Of a DNA stretch of 64,000 bases, positions 1 through 14,300 are shown in pieces. The DNA is from Hyphochytrium catenoides (lineage: Eukaryota; Protista; Hyphochytriomycota), in the NCBI GenBank assembly GCA_900088475.1, contig FLMG01001299.1, positions 1 through 64,000 on the forward strand, given 5' to 3'. Position numbers and translations under genes: made by a program. Position 1 is the first letter of the stretch. Each line of letters opens with the position of its first letter. The notes under the pieces were generated by a model that saw nothing but the letters and a program-made list of their open reading frames with translations, searched no databases and was not told the DNA's origin.

Positions 1-1655
1 GGCCTCACCGAGGTTTATATTCGCAGACCCCACAGCCGCCACTTTTGCAGCAGCAGCAGCAGCAGGTATACTACAGTCAGTCTCAAGCACACACCGGACG
101 GGGCCAGGTGCAAGAGTACTCGGGCTCTCACTACCAGGAAAGCTCCCAGCCCCAGATGCCCCTCTACCAGACACAAAGCAGGCATATGCTAGGTGGGCAG
201 CCCCTGGATGGAGTGGTTGATGGCCCAGAGTATGGAGAGCAGGGGCCAGGTAAGAGGTGTGAGAGCTTGTAAGTGAAGATTAGCTTTACTGACTCAACGG
301 TTGATAGATGCCGCTCAAAGACTCAATGTTGGGAGTCGTCTTCAGCCGCGGATGCCTACCTCGCAGGAAGGAAACGGTGCCTTTGATAGACAGCGGTAAA
401 CTTCTCTCTCCTGCCGCGTTCTAGTCTTTGAAGAATAGTGTCTAAGCGATGCCACGCCGTATGCAGGCCGAGTTCTGGAAGAAGCACGGCGAATCCAACC
501 TCGGAGCGGCCTATCAGGTACCTCATACCATCGCCATTCTCTATTCTGACTGCCGCTAACAGTCCCGTGGTAGTGAACTGAAGTCCGCACGCCAGGAGGA
601 AAGCCAAAGAATCAAAACTGCCACAGCGCCGGATATAGACCGTGAGTGAGCAGTGCCCATCCGCCGTCAAGATGAGGCTCATTTCTGTTCATTCGGTTTT
701 ACAGCTTCTTTAGACAAAGCAATGAAGGACATGGCTCTCTTGGACAGAACGGTTCTACCTGAGACGTTTTCGGTTAAAGATCCTGCGGTACGACGGCCAT
801 GTGCCTTTGGCATTATACACCTGCACTGACCTCCGGTTATTTTGGATATACCAGGACGTGAAGATGTCTGCAGGTTTAAGCGATAGCGGAAGGCATCGCA
901 CGACAGCGACAGAGATGAACGGCACCCTGGAGCGAATAACTGCCGAACAGCCTCCTGTTATCGCAGCTGACACAGACGCTCAACGCTTTCCAGTACACTC
1001 CGCTTTAGATCAGGTGCAGCCTCAGTCTGTACACAATGACGGTCAGCCCCAAGAGTCTACCTTCGTGGGATCGCACTCCGAGGCTCCGCAGCCCGAACCT
1101 GTCAGTGACGAGGCCATCATAGCAGAGCTCCACCAGGAAAGCGCTACTTTTATGCTCGCAATGGAGAACAGATTACAGCAGCTTCGAATAGTCCGACCTC
1201 TCTGGTGCCAGGGAAACGTACGAGGTGCCCTCTCTGTGATAAAACAGCTTCCACCACCTTTGAGGCTCATGTTGGTGGTCGATTTTCTCCGTGGCGCTGA
1301 TTTGCGGTGCCAAAGCTTCAATCTTGACGGTTGTACTGAGCTTTTGCCGTTAGTGCTAGAGCTGATGACCAGCGAATTTGAGACCAACATCAAGCTGGCT
1401 GTGAACACTGCCACAGTGTTGCTTAACATGTTTGGACATGTTATCATGAATACTCGGCTCGCACGAGACATGGCCCCAGCCGGCCGTATACCGCTTAGCT
1501 TGGAGGACAGGCTGAAAAAATGTGACCCCTGCTACGAGGCCTTCGCTGCTATGCGACCAGCCGTTCAACGACTTAGTGATCCAAGCATGCCATTTCAAGG
1601 CCTGGCAGCGCAACTCCTCAAGCTGAAGCGTCTCTTAGATGAGTTCATAAAGTAG
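1..1655 (+). CDS. KATNB1: Katanin p80 subunit B1-like, 3' part (con80 domain); multi-exon, starts upstream of window
   Basis: Last exon (~855-1655) reads H..F..AMENRLQQLRIVRPLW..GNVRGAL...VVDFL...FNLDGCTELLPLVLELMTSEFE...LLNMFG.VI...EDRLKKC..CY, matching the katanin con80 domain. Upstream Q/S-rich exons are joined by GT-AG introns. Confidence 0.8.
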
Positions 1656-2745
1656 ATCGTGGTACGGATCTCACAGCTTATAGTTATATTTATGATACAA
1701 AGGCATTGCCATGACATGAGCTTCTTGGACCCTCAACCCATTTTCAATATAAACTCGGAGTGACGTCCGTTCTTGACCCCTTCACCCTTTCCAACTGCCA
1801 GTCATTGGCGGGGCTGTGACGAGATCTGAATGCCAATCTGGGGCACACAATCAGCAGTGTAAGTGCGGATAGAAGGACAACAAGCCGCATTGATTCGGTT
1901 GTTTGTGGAAGATGGACACGAGACTCTGTGGAGCTTGCATGCCAGCTTTAAGAGATACTACTACAAATTTGTCATTGCAGAGGATCCCTTCTTATCCTAA
2001 TGCTTGAGAGCCAAGTGGTACTTGCAGAGACGATCAATGCACCAGTGGAAGCGATGCTTGCTAAGTACTACTCTCGAAGCAAGACTTCTTGTCCTGAGGC
2101 GGCCGCTAAGCAGAAGGTTGGGCCGCCGTTAACAAGTCATGACTTGATGGTGAAGGGAGCCAATCTCCCCCTTGATGCTCATGGTCAAGAGCCCACATCA
2201 ACCTTTGCCCTGCCCGCTGTCAGCGCAAGAAGTATTCCCACCGAGCGACGTAAATGATGACGGCCCGAGCGCGCTGCTGCACGCCGCATGGGCAGCTGAG
2301 AGATGAATCACGCCAGCAGATGGCAGGGAGGCAGCGGCGGCGTTACGTCCTCCTCTCTTCGTCAATAGAAGGAAATCACCTCACTCCTCTTGATTGACAG
2401 ACATCGATTGACATGACAGTCCCTCAACTACTGGGGGTGCTTTGGAAGGTCCCTAACAAACAGCCCCAACTCGTTCCAGAGCTCCCCTTGGACGCTGATG
2501 TATGCTCTTTGCACCCTTGCACCCGTTGTCCTGAACAGGATCTTGGCGATAAGAATCAAGCTATGGGACGACTTGGTAGGGTTCTTCCTACACGTACTAT
2601 GGATGCTCCTCATTGTTTGCCATGATTGACAAGGTTCATCACTTTCTCTTCTTCTTCCCATCATTGTCAGCACAAGCCACGCCGGACAAGAGCCGTGATT
2701 TATATCTTCTAAAGCTTATTCCTTTGGTTAAAAAGTCTAGGGGAG

Positions 2746-4058
2746 ATGGAGAAAGTTCAGCTGGGTTATAACGCACATGGAAAGGGAAGGGTTCGAGTAG
2801 TGAAGGTGACTAGGCTACCGCAGCAGCATCTGCTCAAGCAGTTCACCGCATGGATTCTGGTTGAAGGACCTGTCGAAGATGCCTTCACTGCAGGCGATAA
2901 CTCGAAAGTGCTGCCGACGGTAAGTACGTAGCTGGAAGTGAACGACACGGCCTTCTTCCGCCCAGTGCTAACATCGCATCACAGGACACCATCAAGAACA
3001 CGACGTACGTGATTGCTAAGAAAACTGAGTTCGCAAGCATCGAGGAGTTTGGCATTGCTCTGGCTAAACATTTTGTGACAGCTCATCCGAATATTGTAAG
3101 TAGTGCAATCAGAACACTGATGCTCAGACTTCTGACTTCTCCGTTTCCTTCCATTTGCGTTGTATAGATTCATAAGGCTCAGGTCCACCTAGTTGAGGAT
3201 AATTGGACTCGTATTCCAGCCAAGGACTCCAAGGGCGTTGTCAGACCTCATTCCCATGCCTTTGTGGCTGATAACACCGAGAAGCGCTTCACGACGTCAG
3301 TGCATTAGGTCGATTGCTTCCCAACGTCCCCGACCTAACTATCTCCCTCGTTTTCTGTTGCAACAGCGTGAAAGCCACTAAATGTCACAGAGGGGGTGCA
3401 CAACCCAGCTTCACCATCTCGTCCGGTCTAATGAAGCTCAGGGTGATGAAGACGACCCAGAGTGGCTTTGTCAAGTTCTATAAGGACGCATACACCGTCC
3501 TTCCTGAGGTGGATGACAGGTAAGGAGCTGTGGCCACCCCTTGCCTGTGGTGTAAATCAGACTGTAAACTTCTCTGCCGACCTGCCATTGCTATGACTGC
3601 TTTTCAGGCTCTTTGGTACTGAGGTTAAGGCCGAATGGAACTATGTCGGAACTAAAGTAAACTTTAATGAAGCGTATGATACCATCAGAGCGGCACTCAT
3701 CGAGGCATTCGCGGGCCCAGCAGACACTGGAGTTTACAGGTGAGTTGAAGAAAGAGATAAGCACACAGCTAGTCCTCCAAAGAGGACCGTAGTATCAGTA
3801 ACTGATCCTGGATCCGCAACCTTTCCTCCCAGTCCTTCGGTGCAGTTTACCCTCCAAGAAATGGGAAAACTGGCCCTTGAACGCTGTCATAACGTTTCGA
3901 GCATTCTCTTGTCGATGCCTAACATTCACAACATGCCTTTCGACCTTGAGCGATTCGGACTCAAGAAGGACCATCCGCATGGGGAGATTTTCTACCCTAT
4001 TGATGAGCCTCATGGGACCATCGAGGCCAGGGTAGAGAAGCTTCACGCTAAACTCTAG
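2746..4058 (+). CDS. UOX: Urate oxidase (uricase), multi-exon, C-terminal PTS1 (-AKL)
   Basis: Motifs [20 protein letters not shown]|[43 protein letters not shown] and [11 protein letters not shown]. First intron is 2920-2984 (GT-AG). Confidence 0.95.
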
Positions 4059-5308
4059 AATCCCACTACTCTCAAATCCTTCTATCAAGGCTTGACGCCT
4101 TTAACTCATGAACGAAAGGCGGATTCTAACTCTGATGATATGCTACACTGAGTTGTTAGTCTGGCCATAATGCTTGTATTCAGCGTCTTGACTTTAATTT
4201 AAGGCGGAAGTTATGTCCCTAAAGTAAACAATGAACTCTGACTTGAATGATTCCCTACCAGTGGTGAGATGATGCCCAGCTTCTTTTGGTCATTCGTTGC
4301 TGACTTGACTCATTAAGCACGGCATGACGACCTAATCCCTGAGTCCTATTCAGCAAGATGTTTTGTGGCGACACACGACTCCAAGAATGACATACCCGGT
4401 GGGTGCGCCGTTATCCACCTGCTATGATAAGAGGACATGAAACCAATAGCTGGGGTAGCAGAACGAAGAGTTTCGTGGATAGGCCGATAGTGCCTGTAAT
4501 GACGAGCCATTTGACGTACAATGACATTGACAGCAACAAGTTAACCCGGGAATCCCTCATCAGCCTTCTGTTGATGATCGTTTGCTAGTACGTCGAAACT
4601 TGTAAGGGCAGGAACTAATGGGTCTAGGTCTCTAGAGGTATGACTGTTCATAGGAGCTTCGGCGACGTTTGGAGGGCCTTCCTTGGACCTTGAGTTCTCT
4701 CAGCGGGGGCATCTTTTGCCTGATTATCAGTCACCAACCCCATACAGTTGCAAACCGAACGGCTCAGGTTCTGATGTTAGTCACCAAATCTTCCAGCAGT
4801 AAGGTTGAAGCTCTCTGAAGCTCTTTGAATAGTTACAGGACGACGCTAGGAACCCTAATCCTACTCAGATGACATGGATGTCGCCGAAAGTAATAAACAC
4901 GGATAGGAGATAGAACCGGTTTCTTCGTTCTGCTTGTCCTCTACTAGCCAGGACACAAAAATAAAGTTGCCTTCCCGAATACCCCGCATTTAAGAAAGGC
5001 TTCGAAGGGCACGTTAGCGGCTCTTTACTGCGAATCGGCACTTGAAGGTCAATGCGAGATGAAGACTTCCAGATTCCAGACGCCTGGCCTTAGCCTTCGC
5101 GGCGGCCGCTCCTCTCGCTCGCTCGCGCTGCGAAGGGCTTGCTTATTACGTAGGTCTTGGCAAGTCCAGGAGCTATGGCGTCACTTAAGACGGGGCTGTC
5201 CTTCTCAGGAACCAGATGGGCTTCTCCTATGCCACAATCGCCGCTTTGGCCAAGTTGATGGCCTGCGCCTTGCCGCAGCTGATGACGTTGCAAGTGGGAT
5301 AAGGCACT

Positions 5309-8300
5309 ATGAGTTACGACACACTGCAAACCCGCCCCCACTCCCTGATCCAGCTTGAGTGGACAAAGAAACTTGCCAAAGGAGAAGGCGATGACGTTCC
5401 AGCTGCAAGATGGGGCCATACGTGTACCGCTGTTGGGTCGAATGTTGTCATATTTGGTGGTTGTGACAAGACGGAACCCCCGGGGCCCGTCAACGATACT
5501 TTCTTGCTTCGAACTGCTGGAGGTGAGTACAAGTGGTCGCGACTCAAAGTTCTTGGAGACATTCCGAAGCCGCGATGGCGGCATAGCGCCACTTTGATAG
5601 ACAACCAGAATATAGTCGTCTTCGGGGGCTTCCATAGCGAGACTCTGCGCTTCAACGATGTCTGGATATTCAATTGCGTCAGCCTTGCATGGAGACCAGC
5701 TGACGTCGAGCGCAGTCTCTTTACTCCGCGCGGTAACACTGTCACGGGGGTCCATAGACGCAACCTTATGACAGGACCCACTAGTCACGCCGGCCATAGT
5801 GGTACCCGCCCGTCGTCCTCCGCTACCCTTCCTCAGAAGCAATCGTTACTTGTGAGAGCGGAACCCGCCTCAAACAATGCAGAGATAGGAGCACCAGGTA
5901 ACGTTTATCCTCCGTCTCGACACTATGTCCTCAGCGCTTTTTGTGTTTTCGCTTTCCTTTTTCTCTGTACGTTGGGCCCAACATTTCTAAGTATTCACCG
6001 TTCTAGACCTTCCGGGGGAGGCTGTTGGGCCATCGCCACGAGGCTCTCATTCTGCCAACATTATCAATGGGGATTTGTACATATTTGGTGGCTATGGCGG
6101 TTCAGGCTTTTCCAGACGAGATTTTGATGATCTACACATTTTGCGCATTAAGTCACTGGAGGATATGTTCTGGGTAAAGCCCGCTACCAACGGTAAACCG
6201 CCGGAGAAGCGGTCGGGCCATCAGGTGATAAAACTGTTTGCTTACAATGCCCCTTCAGATATCGAGGACGAAAGTAACAGAAAAGCTGTCACTAGGGTTG
6301 TGCAACAGAGAGCAAGCTATTCGTTTATGGTGGATGGAGCTCGAGTGCCAGGTTCAACGATCTACACGTCTTCGACGTAGTCACGTTGACTTGGAGCTCG
6401 CTGGGTGCTCCTCTCCCTCCTTTAGGTCGCTGCATCTGGAACCATGCATCCTGTGTCATCCCTTCCATCCCAGATATGAAACTGATCTTCTTTGGGGGAA
6501 TGACATCGCGACTTCAGGAGACTTCTGCACAACAGCCCATGCAACCTTATGACTACTCGAACAAGGTCATCATGTACGATACAGGCACGAGGCAATGGTC
6601 TGAGCCGCCCGTAGTGGGCACCATCCCGTCACCTCGATCAGACTTGGAGATTGGCTACGATATACAAAAAGGCAACCTGTTGGTGTTCGGTGGGTGGTCG
6701 AACGCATGGTGAGTGAACGGTGCTGTCCATCACTCCTCCGGGGTAGACTGTAGGCTGATATGATCACAATGTTAGGCTGGACGATCTCTACGTTTTAGAC
6801 ATTGGCAGCATAGTGGGTCCAGCTTACAGCGTTGTAGCTCTGTATCCTCCAACCGGGCCCGTGACAGGTGGCACAGAGATCTATATCGATGGCATTGACT
6901 TCCCAAACAAACCGGTGAGGCATAGCAATGTGTGAGAATATGCCCAGTGACCCGCCATACATTATGCATGTACAATGTCTATTTAAGAGCTCTCTCTGTT
7001 ACCGTTTGCTCGACTACTACCTGGCTCTCTCCTCTCTCTCTTTTAGGTTCAAGTACGCTTTTCCTCCAAAGTAGGGGCCATCGAAGTAGCCGGCAGCATT
7101 AGTGGCCGTAACATCGTTCAGGTCATCTCCCCGAACTTCATGAAATACGGCCACGGTCAGGTCCATGTGCGAGTCGCATTTCAGGGCGATTCGTACACAA
7201 CATCCTCTGTGCCCTTCACTTTCCAACCCGTTACCGATGCAGAAAAGTCATATGCCTTCGGCCCCGGACTTCTTAGTGGACAGGTGATCAACGTCCGTAG
7301 CATATTCTACATACAAACCCGGGACTCCTGGTTGGGAAATAGAGAGTCAGGGGGAGATCAGTGGGACATCACCATCAAGAGTGTTGAGGAATCGGAGGAA
7401 GAGCAGTTTGTGACTGCAAGTATCCAAGATCCCGGCAACGGGGTTTACACAGTCACCTATACTGCTCCTCTGGCGCTCACATACGAGATATCCGTCCTTT
7501 ATAAGGCAGGCCCAGGTTCTAGACCCAGCCATATTGCACTAAGCCCTTTCCGAGTGAGGTTTGAGGCGTCAGGCACGAAGGAGCTAAACAGCATAATCGG
7601 CAAATTGATGCAAGACGAACTCCGAAAAGACCTCGAGGAAGTGGAAAGCTTTGCCACTACAGCATTGGAGGGACTGCAAATGAAGAAGGATACGAAGAAT
7701 GGTGCCACGGAAGATGAGGAGGTGACTGAGCTTGTTAGGGTGAGCGTAGTAGTACTTATTTTCTGTGAGACTTCCCTAGATCTAAGTGGACTGCCAACTT
7801 GTCGCCGCTCTCCTTCCCGTCCTTAGGTTCTGTTACTTATTATTGGCATCGAAGAGCGGAAGGATGATTTCGAGCTTAGGCTATCTAGAGCACAGAGTAC
7901 TTTAAAAGAGATACAGCAGAAAGGGGACCGGCTGCCAACAGTCCAGAAGGTGCTGGGCGTTGCGGGAGATCACTGGCGGGCACTCTTGGCAAAGATCCCA
8001 GCTGCGCAGGCGACAGTCAATCCATTAATCAGAGTCCATCAGGGGCGGACCAAGGAGAAAATTAGGGCTTTTGAGGGACAGGTAGTTGAGTATAAGGTGA
8101 GTTGGAGGCTAATCTGGCACCACGAAACGAAGATGTTCCCCTACAAAGCTCAGGACAGTAGTTTACATAAGCCAGGCTTCAAGAGAAGAGAAGCTCATTA
8201 CCCCTGGTTATAGTGACGGAAACAGTTAGCTCTCGTTGCACGAATAGCGACAGAGAGATGTGATATAAGGAAGGGAATATTAGTATCGACAGCTGGAGAT

Positions 8301-11300
8301 ATCTAGGGTCTAGCCAGAGAACCGGCTTTGGCACTCTGAAGGAGTCTATCTTAATCTTCTTTATCTTCAGACTCGCTTTTTTTCCGAATCCTTCTGGCGG
8401 TTCAGTACGGAGACTGCGGAGACTCTAGACCAGTTGAGAGAAGAAAGTGAGAAGCTTGAAGCCTTAAAGGAAAATTTGACTGAGCAGAACCGCATCGCCT
8501 TCATCTTTGACTGTCCTTCAATGATGAAGACAGCAAACGAAGCAGTGGCGGAGGTAGAAAAGGCTCTCAAACGCTTGGAGAAGCTTTGGGAGCTTGCACA
8601 TCGTGTAGTAGCCTTCATGAAAACGTTAGAAGGCCAGACTTGGGGTGAGACGGATCCGCTTGCCGCAGCTCCAAAGGTGAAAGAGCTGGGCCAGGCGGTG
8701 GCTGCTTTGGGCCAAGAGCTGGCTTCTGCGGAGGTGCAAAACGGCTTAGTGGCTTTTGTCGCCAGCTTTGAAGCCCTTCTCCCACTGCTTTCTCTCCTAC
8801 GAGAGCCTTACATTCGCACTCGGCACTGGCAACAGCTGATGCGCAACATGGACGCTTTGTTTGATGTGCCTACAGAGCACCCGGAGGTACTGATGAGAGA
8901 AATACTGGCCTTAAAGTTGGTAGAGAATAGGGCAGTCGTTCTAGAGCTTTGTGCAAGGGCACAGAAGGAGAAAAAGCAAGAAGATTTTCTACAGGCCCTA
9001 AAGAGCAAGTGGGAAGGACTGTCCTTCCATCGCTATGTCCACTCGGAGTCTGGCAAGGAGCTACTGGTGCCCCCGCCTGATCTTCTTGAAGTACTCGAGA
9101 GTGATGAGCTCTCAACTACTGCGCTTCTTGCAGGCTCAAAGGGCCTAATGTACTCGGTAAGTCTGCGTAAGCACACAGAGAACCAGAGCCGGAAAAGACG
9201 TCACTGGGGTAGTTTTCCTTTCTTCGTTGATATCCTATTCTTGGCGTGGTAGGAGAGAGCACACTTATCGTGCAGCACCTTTCTACTCTGTCTCCCACCC
9301 TGCTAATTGGCAAAGAGGAATGACTCACGGGCTTCTCTCACCCTCGTATCTCTTATTATTGCTTCGATATGCCAACACAATGCCTAGGGCGAGTTGGAGC
9401 AATGGCAGCGATTTCTGCAGAAAGCTAAAGGAGTACTTCAGACAATGACAAGTGTGGTACACTCCTGGCTTTACCTCTTTCCTCTTTTCTCTGGCTCGAT
9501 ACAAGCTCAGGATGATTTGAGGGCCGACGCAGATCGATATCAGGAAGTAACCACATCCCTTTCGCTTCTCGAAGTGAAGTCAAATGATCCCTTGCCAAAA
9601 ATAAAAGCATTAGCCGCACAATCAGAGTTTCAAGCCGGCCTGGAACCGCTGTTGCTTGGCCTTCAGCATTGTAAGGCTGCCGTCAGCTCGTTCTTAGACC
9701 AGCAACGAGTAAGTGTCCCAGTGCTCTTCTTTGTTTCCGACGCGCAAATGATGAGAATCTTCTCCGACCCCATGGCCATTAAGATGGACATCAGAAAGGT
9801 GAGTTCAAGGAGCACAGCGGCTGGGCTCTGAGCAACTGTATATAAGTGGCGCCTACCAAGTTGACTCACGGCGCCTCTTGTCTTCCTAATCATCTCTTTC
9901 AATGTTTAGGTTCTTCCCGAGATTCGTCGTCTAAAATTTGACCAAGGGGAAGATCAAGCTATTGAGATATTGTGTCACGAACAGGCAGAAGCTCTCCCAC
10001 TTTCCTCTCCCGTCTCTCTCTCTCTTCCCCCAGAAAAATTTCTCTCGGAGTTGCTCCAGCTCACCAAGCAAAGCCTGAAGTCGGCTCTCGCGTCCTCTCT
10101 AGAGAGATACCAGGAGCAAGCGAGGCCTGACTGGCTCGTCCAAAAGAGGAAGGTGGATGCTGTACAGACTAGCGAAGAGAAGCAGGAAGAGCTGGAACAG
10201 CCCTTTGCAGACTCCTCACAGGTGGCGGAGCTCGCCCTCAGCATTTCTTTTGCCAAAGAGGTGGAGGAGGTCTTTAAGGAGATCAAAGCAGGGACCAAAA
10301 ACGCGATGAAAGACTACGCGGAAAGACAGCTTCTCGTTCTCTCGGACCTCCAAAGAAAGACACGGAGAGCAGGACAACAACGAGAAGCTTATAACCGCCT
10401 TTGCTCGGCGCTTATCGGCGAGCTTGGTCGACGGGATCTGCTAAAACATCTGGTGCAGGAAAGCGTGGATGACAGCAAAGACTTCAAATGGAGGGCGCAG
10501 GTTTTGTCAACCTTTACTTCTTATCTTCCCTAACTCTAATTCTCACCTATGTTTAGGCTGCTGTCAGTGCTAAAGATGGTCACTTGTCGTGAACTAGGGC
10601 TTTGTTTCTTCCTTTTCGCTGTTTCTGTTGCTGCCATCTTCCCGCCCAGAGCTTTGAATTTCGCTATTGTCTGCCCCTTGTAGGTCAAGCACTCCTATGA
10701 AAACTCCAAGATAGAGATGAACTTATTCGACCTCAATTTTGAACATGGAGGTCACTTCTACTCCGCGTCGTCACGCCTGATTATGACTGACTTACTGGAG
10801 AGAATGATTGTTGGTCTATCTCTCAGTCTGCGTTCAGTAGTTCCTTGTGCTTTGGTGGGACCTACAGCCGGGAAGAGGACGATCATTGCCGAAGTGGCCC
10901 GCCTTACAGGCAAGGTCTCTTGCCCATTTCTTTGCTCTTCTATGTCCTCCATTTCGTCTATTTTGTCTATCATTAGAGGGACGGCAGCCGCAGGTGCCTG
11001 GGTCGTCTGGGAACGACTAGAGGATTTGCCCTCTGGCGTGGCGTCTTACACTTTTAGTCTGATGAGCATCCTTTTTGATGCAATCAGAGCCTCAGGCGCC
11101 ATAACAGGTTAGGGAGACGCTGCAGCAACTGGCTTACTGATCTGATCGCTATCATCCTTCTGCACGCATGAACGCTATGTTCTGGACAATAGTATATGTT
11201 TGTCTCTAGTTTCTTGCTCTTACTCTCCGAGTTTCGCCATACGACCTCTTTTGCTAAGGGTGCTCCTAGGTTCGGTCGTTCATTTGGATGGCCTATCAGT

Positions 11301-14300
11301 TCCATTAGTGTCCTCCTGCAGCTGCTTTGTAGTGATGCCTTCCCACGGTGCCCACCAAAAGACTTGGGAACGGCTATTCGGAGGTACGATGAGAGGAGAA
11401 AGCGTCAACTTCAGCAACCTCTTTTGCGAGACACTAAAAGTTTCTCTTATACAATCCCTCTCTTGTCTTTGAAGATGCGCGACGTCTTTTCCGGCCCCTC
11501 CACGTGGGGCGTCCGGACCTTCTCTCTCTCTCGTGCCTCCTACTTTTAGCGAGTGGTTTTCTGCACTTCCAGAGCCTCGGACAAAGGCTTGCAGCTTTTC
11601 TTCAACAGCAAGAGTACAAGAATAGGTGCTTTCCTAGCACTGTTGCCCTCTCTCCCTCTCTTCCTTTAGCTATCCTAGAAGAAGGAGTTTTGGAAGATGG
11701 GGAGGAGACGGAAAGAGACGTGTCTTGGCATTTGTGGGATGTCAGAAAGGTCAAAGAGATCACGACGGCTGCTGCCTCTCTTCTTCTTGCCCATCGGGCA
11801 GCTGCAGTTAGCGCCACATTACGTGCGGGGAAAAAGGGTGATCCAGTGGAACGACAGGAGGAGCAAGAGAAGCTACCAGTCCATAAGGTGAGGAATAAGA
11901 AAAAAGGGCTTGCAAGTAGTCATTTACTTCTCCATCGTGGCCGTCCTGTATGTGATCATTTCTTACTCCTGTTATCGATTGCCGTCCCTGACATGTTTGC
12001 TCAAACTATTAGTGGACTTCAGGCCTGCTATTGCACCTTTCTCTAGCCCTGTTCCGCTAATCCTTCATTAACTAGGGCGTAGAAGAGAGACTAGTCCGCA
12101 AGGCTCTGTTGGCTTGCCTAGAGCCTCGGTTTAGAGGCTCACGAAGGGAGGAGCTATTGAAAGATGTTGCACTCTTTTTTGGCAAAATGAACGCTACAGA
12201 GAGTGCGGTTGGTGGACAGAATGGAGTAACAGACACCTCGCCCGAAGAGCAACAGCGTGTTCTCTCGTTCTCAGGTTACTCAGAGCAACTGCATTTATGG
12301 CCAGACGCAACCTTGCTGGTCAAGTGTATGCAGCTCCAGTCGTTAACCGCCAGTCAAAGATCAGTGATAATAGCAGGGCCTCCTGGTAATATAGATAATC
12401 GTCAGCGTCTCTTTGCGTGGACCTCCTCAGCTATGCAATTCATGTCCAAGGCACCTGCTCACCCTCACCCCTATATACTTCTGTAAGCCTCTTCAGCTCC
12501 TTTGTCGGATCGTTGATGCATTTCCTCCATCTTCCCAGGATCGGGTAAAACCCAAGTGCGGAGATTGCTAAACTACGCTCAAGAAAAGGAGCGCGGACCA
12601 GGCAAGGTGTATGTCCGTCCGCTCTCTCCATTGGCACTGGAGACAGAAGAACTGCTCGGTGCCTTAGCGCACGGAGATTGGCGGGATGGACTGTTGACAT
12701 CGCTGCTGAGAAAGGAGAAGGTCTACGCAGTCCTGAACTATGAAAAAGCATTTCCTGCAGGAGTGGACGTCTTAATGTTTGCTGTCTCCTCTTGACCGTT
12801 CATCATCCTTTCTTATTGCGTCCTATTGTAAAGTGCTTTGTTATGGACCTGCATCATCAACCTTCTTCTTCGCCATTCCTCTAATATCATTCGGCGTCCG
12901 GGCGCCCTTAATTTTTGTTGGTGGGTTATGTTGATACACTTCCTTTTCACCAAACAGGAAGGGGTTGAAGAGAAATGGATCGTTGTAGATGGAGAGCTGA
13001 ACGATGAGCTATTCCATCTTTTGGGAGGTGGACAAGAGTCTCTTGTGCTGCCGACGGGGGAGAAGCTCAAAGTAGAAGAGAATGTCAGGGTCCTTTATGA
13101 GTCCTCGTCTCTATCTCTTCTCTCACCGTCTTCCCTGTCTCATTGCGGGCTTCTGTACATCTCGCCCCTAGACTTTAAGGCGTGGGAAGCCTTATTAGGT
13201 AAGGCGAAGTTGAGCTCACATTTACTCCCCGCACTTCATGCGCAGGATTGTTCTGATATTTTTTTTTGGTCTCCAGAAAGACTGAGATGCGTCAGAACTT
13301 AGCATAGCCTCATCCAAAAATGTTCCTTCTCTCTCTCTGTCTCTTTGTGTCTCTCCCACGCTCTGTCTCTTTGTCTCTCACTCTCTCTCTGTTCTGATCT
13401 AATGATCTTCACATGTCATGCTCTGTCTCAGCGGCCTGGGTTGCAAACTTGGAGACTTCAGGCGTAGTAAAGGAAACTTTAACCAAAGCAACAGAGAGAT
13501 TTCTAAAGGCACCGTTGCAATTTTATAAGACAGTAAGTGCAGCCGTCGCAAGTCTGTGACCTCATTTTATACGGGTATTGTCTGTATGTTGCTCTGCCTA
13601 GCTTTAGGACGTTTCCATAGAAGCCATAGTTTACATGCCATAGCATCAATTCTTTTTTTGCTCTGCCTACTGCCCACAACTTAGCTTTTCCTAATAAGTC
13701 CTATCCATCGCGACCAAAGAGTCAGATCCAGCGCTTAACGGTGCCTCTTTTGATGTCAAATTGTTAGTTGGGCGATGGCCGTACCGTCGCGGTAGTGCAG
13801 ACTTTCATCCGGTACCTACAAGGCCTTCTTGCTTCGCATAAGCGGCTCTTCGAGAACCTTCAAGCTCTGGAGAAGGCAACCGAGTTTGCTGCCGTATGGG
13901 CGATAGGGGGCTCCTTCCTGTCACAAGAGCAGATTTATGGAGCGGCAGATAGGATAGAGAGGACAAGAGGAGAGGAAGCCAACTCTATCTCTTTTTCATC
14001 ATGGTGGCTGAGTTCTGTACCTGACAGTCAGCTACCTCCTGGAATCACGAGTGTCTTTGACGTCTGGTTCAACGACCAGACTTATAGCTTCGAAAGATGG
14101 AGAGATTCACCTTTCTTTAATAGAGAGGTAGGTGACATAACCGCCTATGTCTGTTGATGTGAAAGCTCCCACTCCATGCCTTGATATTGCTTACTAAGTT
14201 TATCTGTTCGTTTCCACTCTGGTGACCCACAGTTGTCATCTCTGCTACGCTACAGATTTTGTCTCGTCATCTAAGCTTTCGCGACGTATGCGTGCCAGGC

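Noticed and set aside
1740-2700. Short ORFs between katanin and uricase
   Set aside because: No motifs and frequent stops; treated as intergenic or unidentifiable relic.
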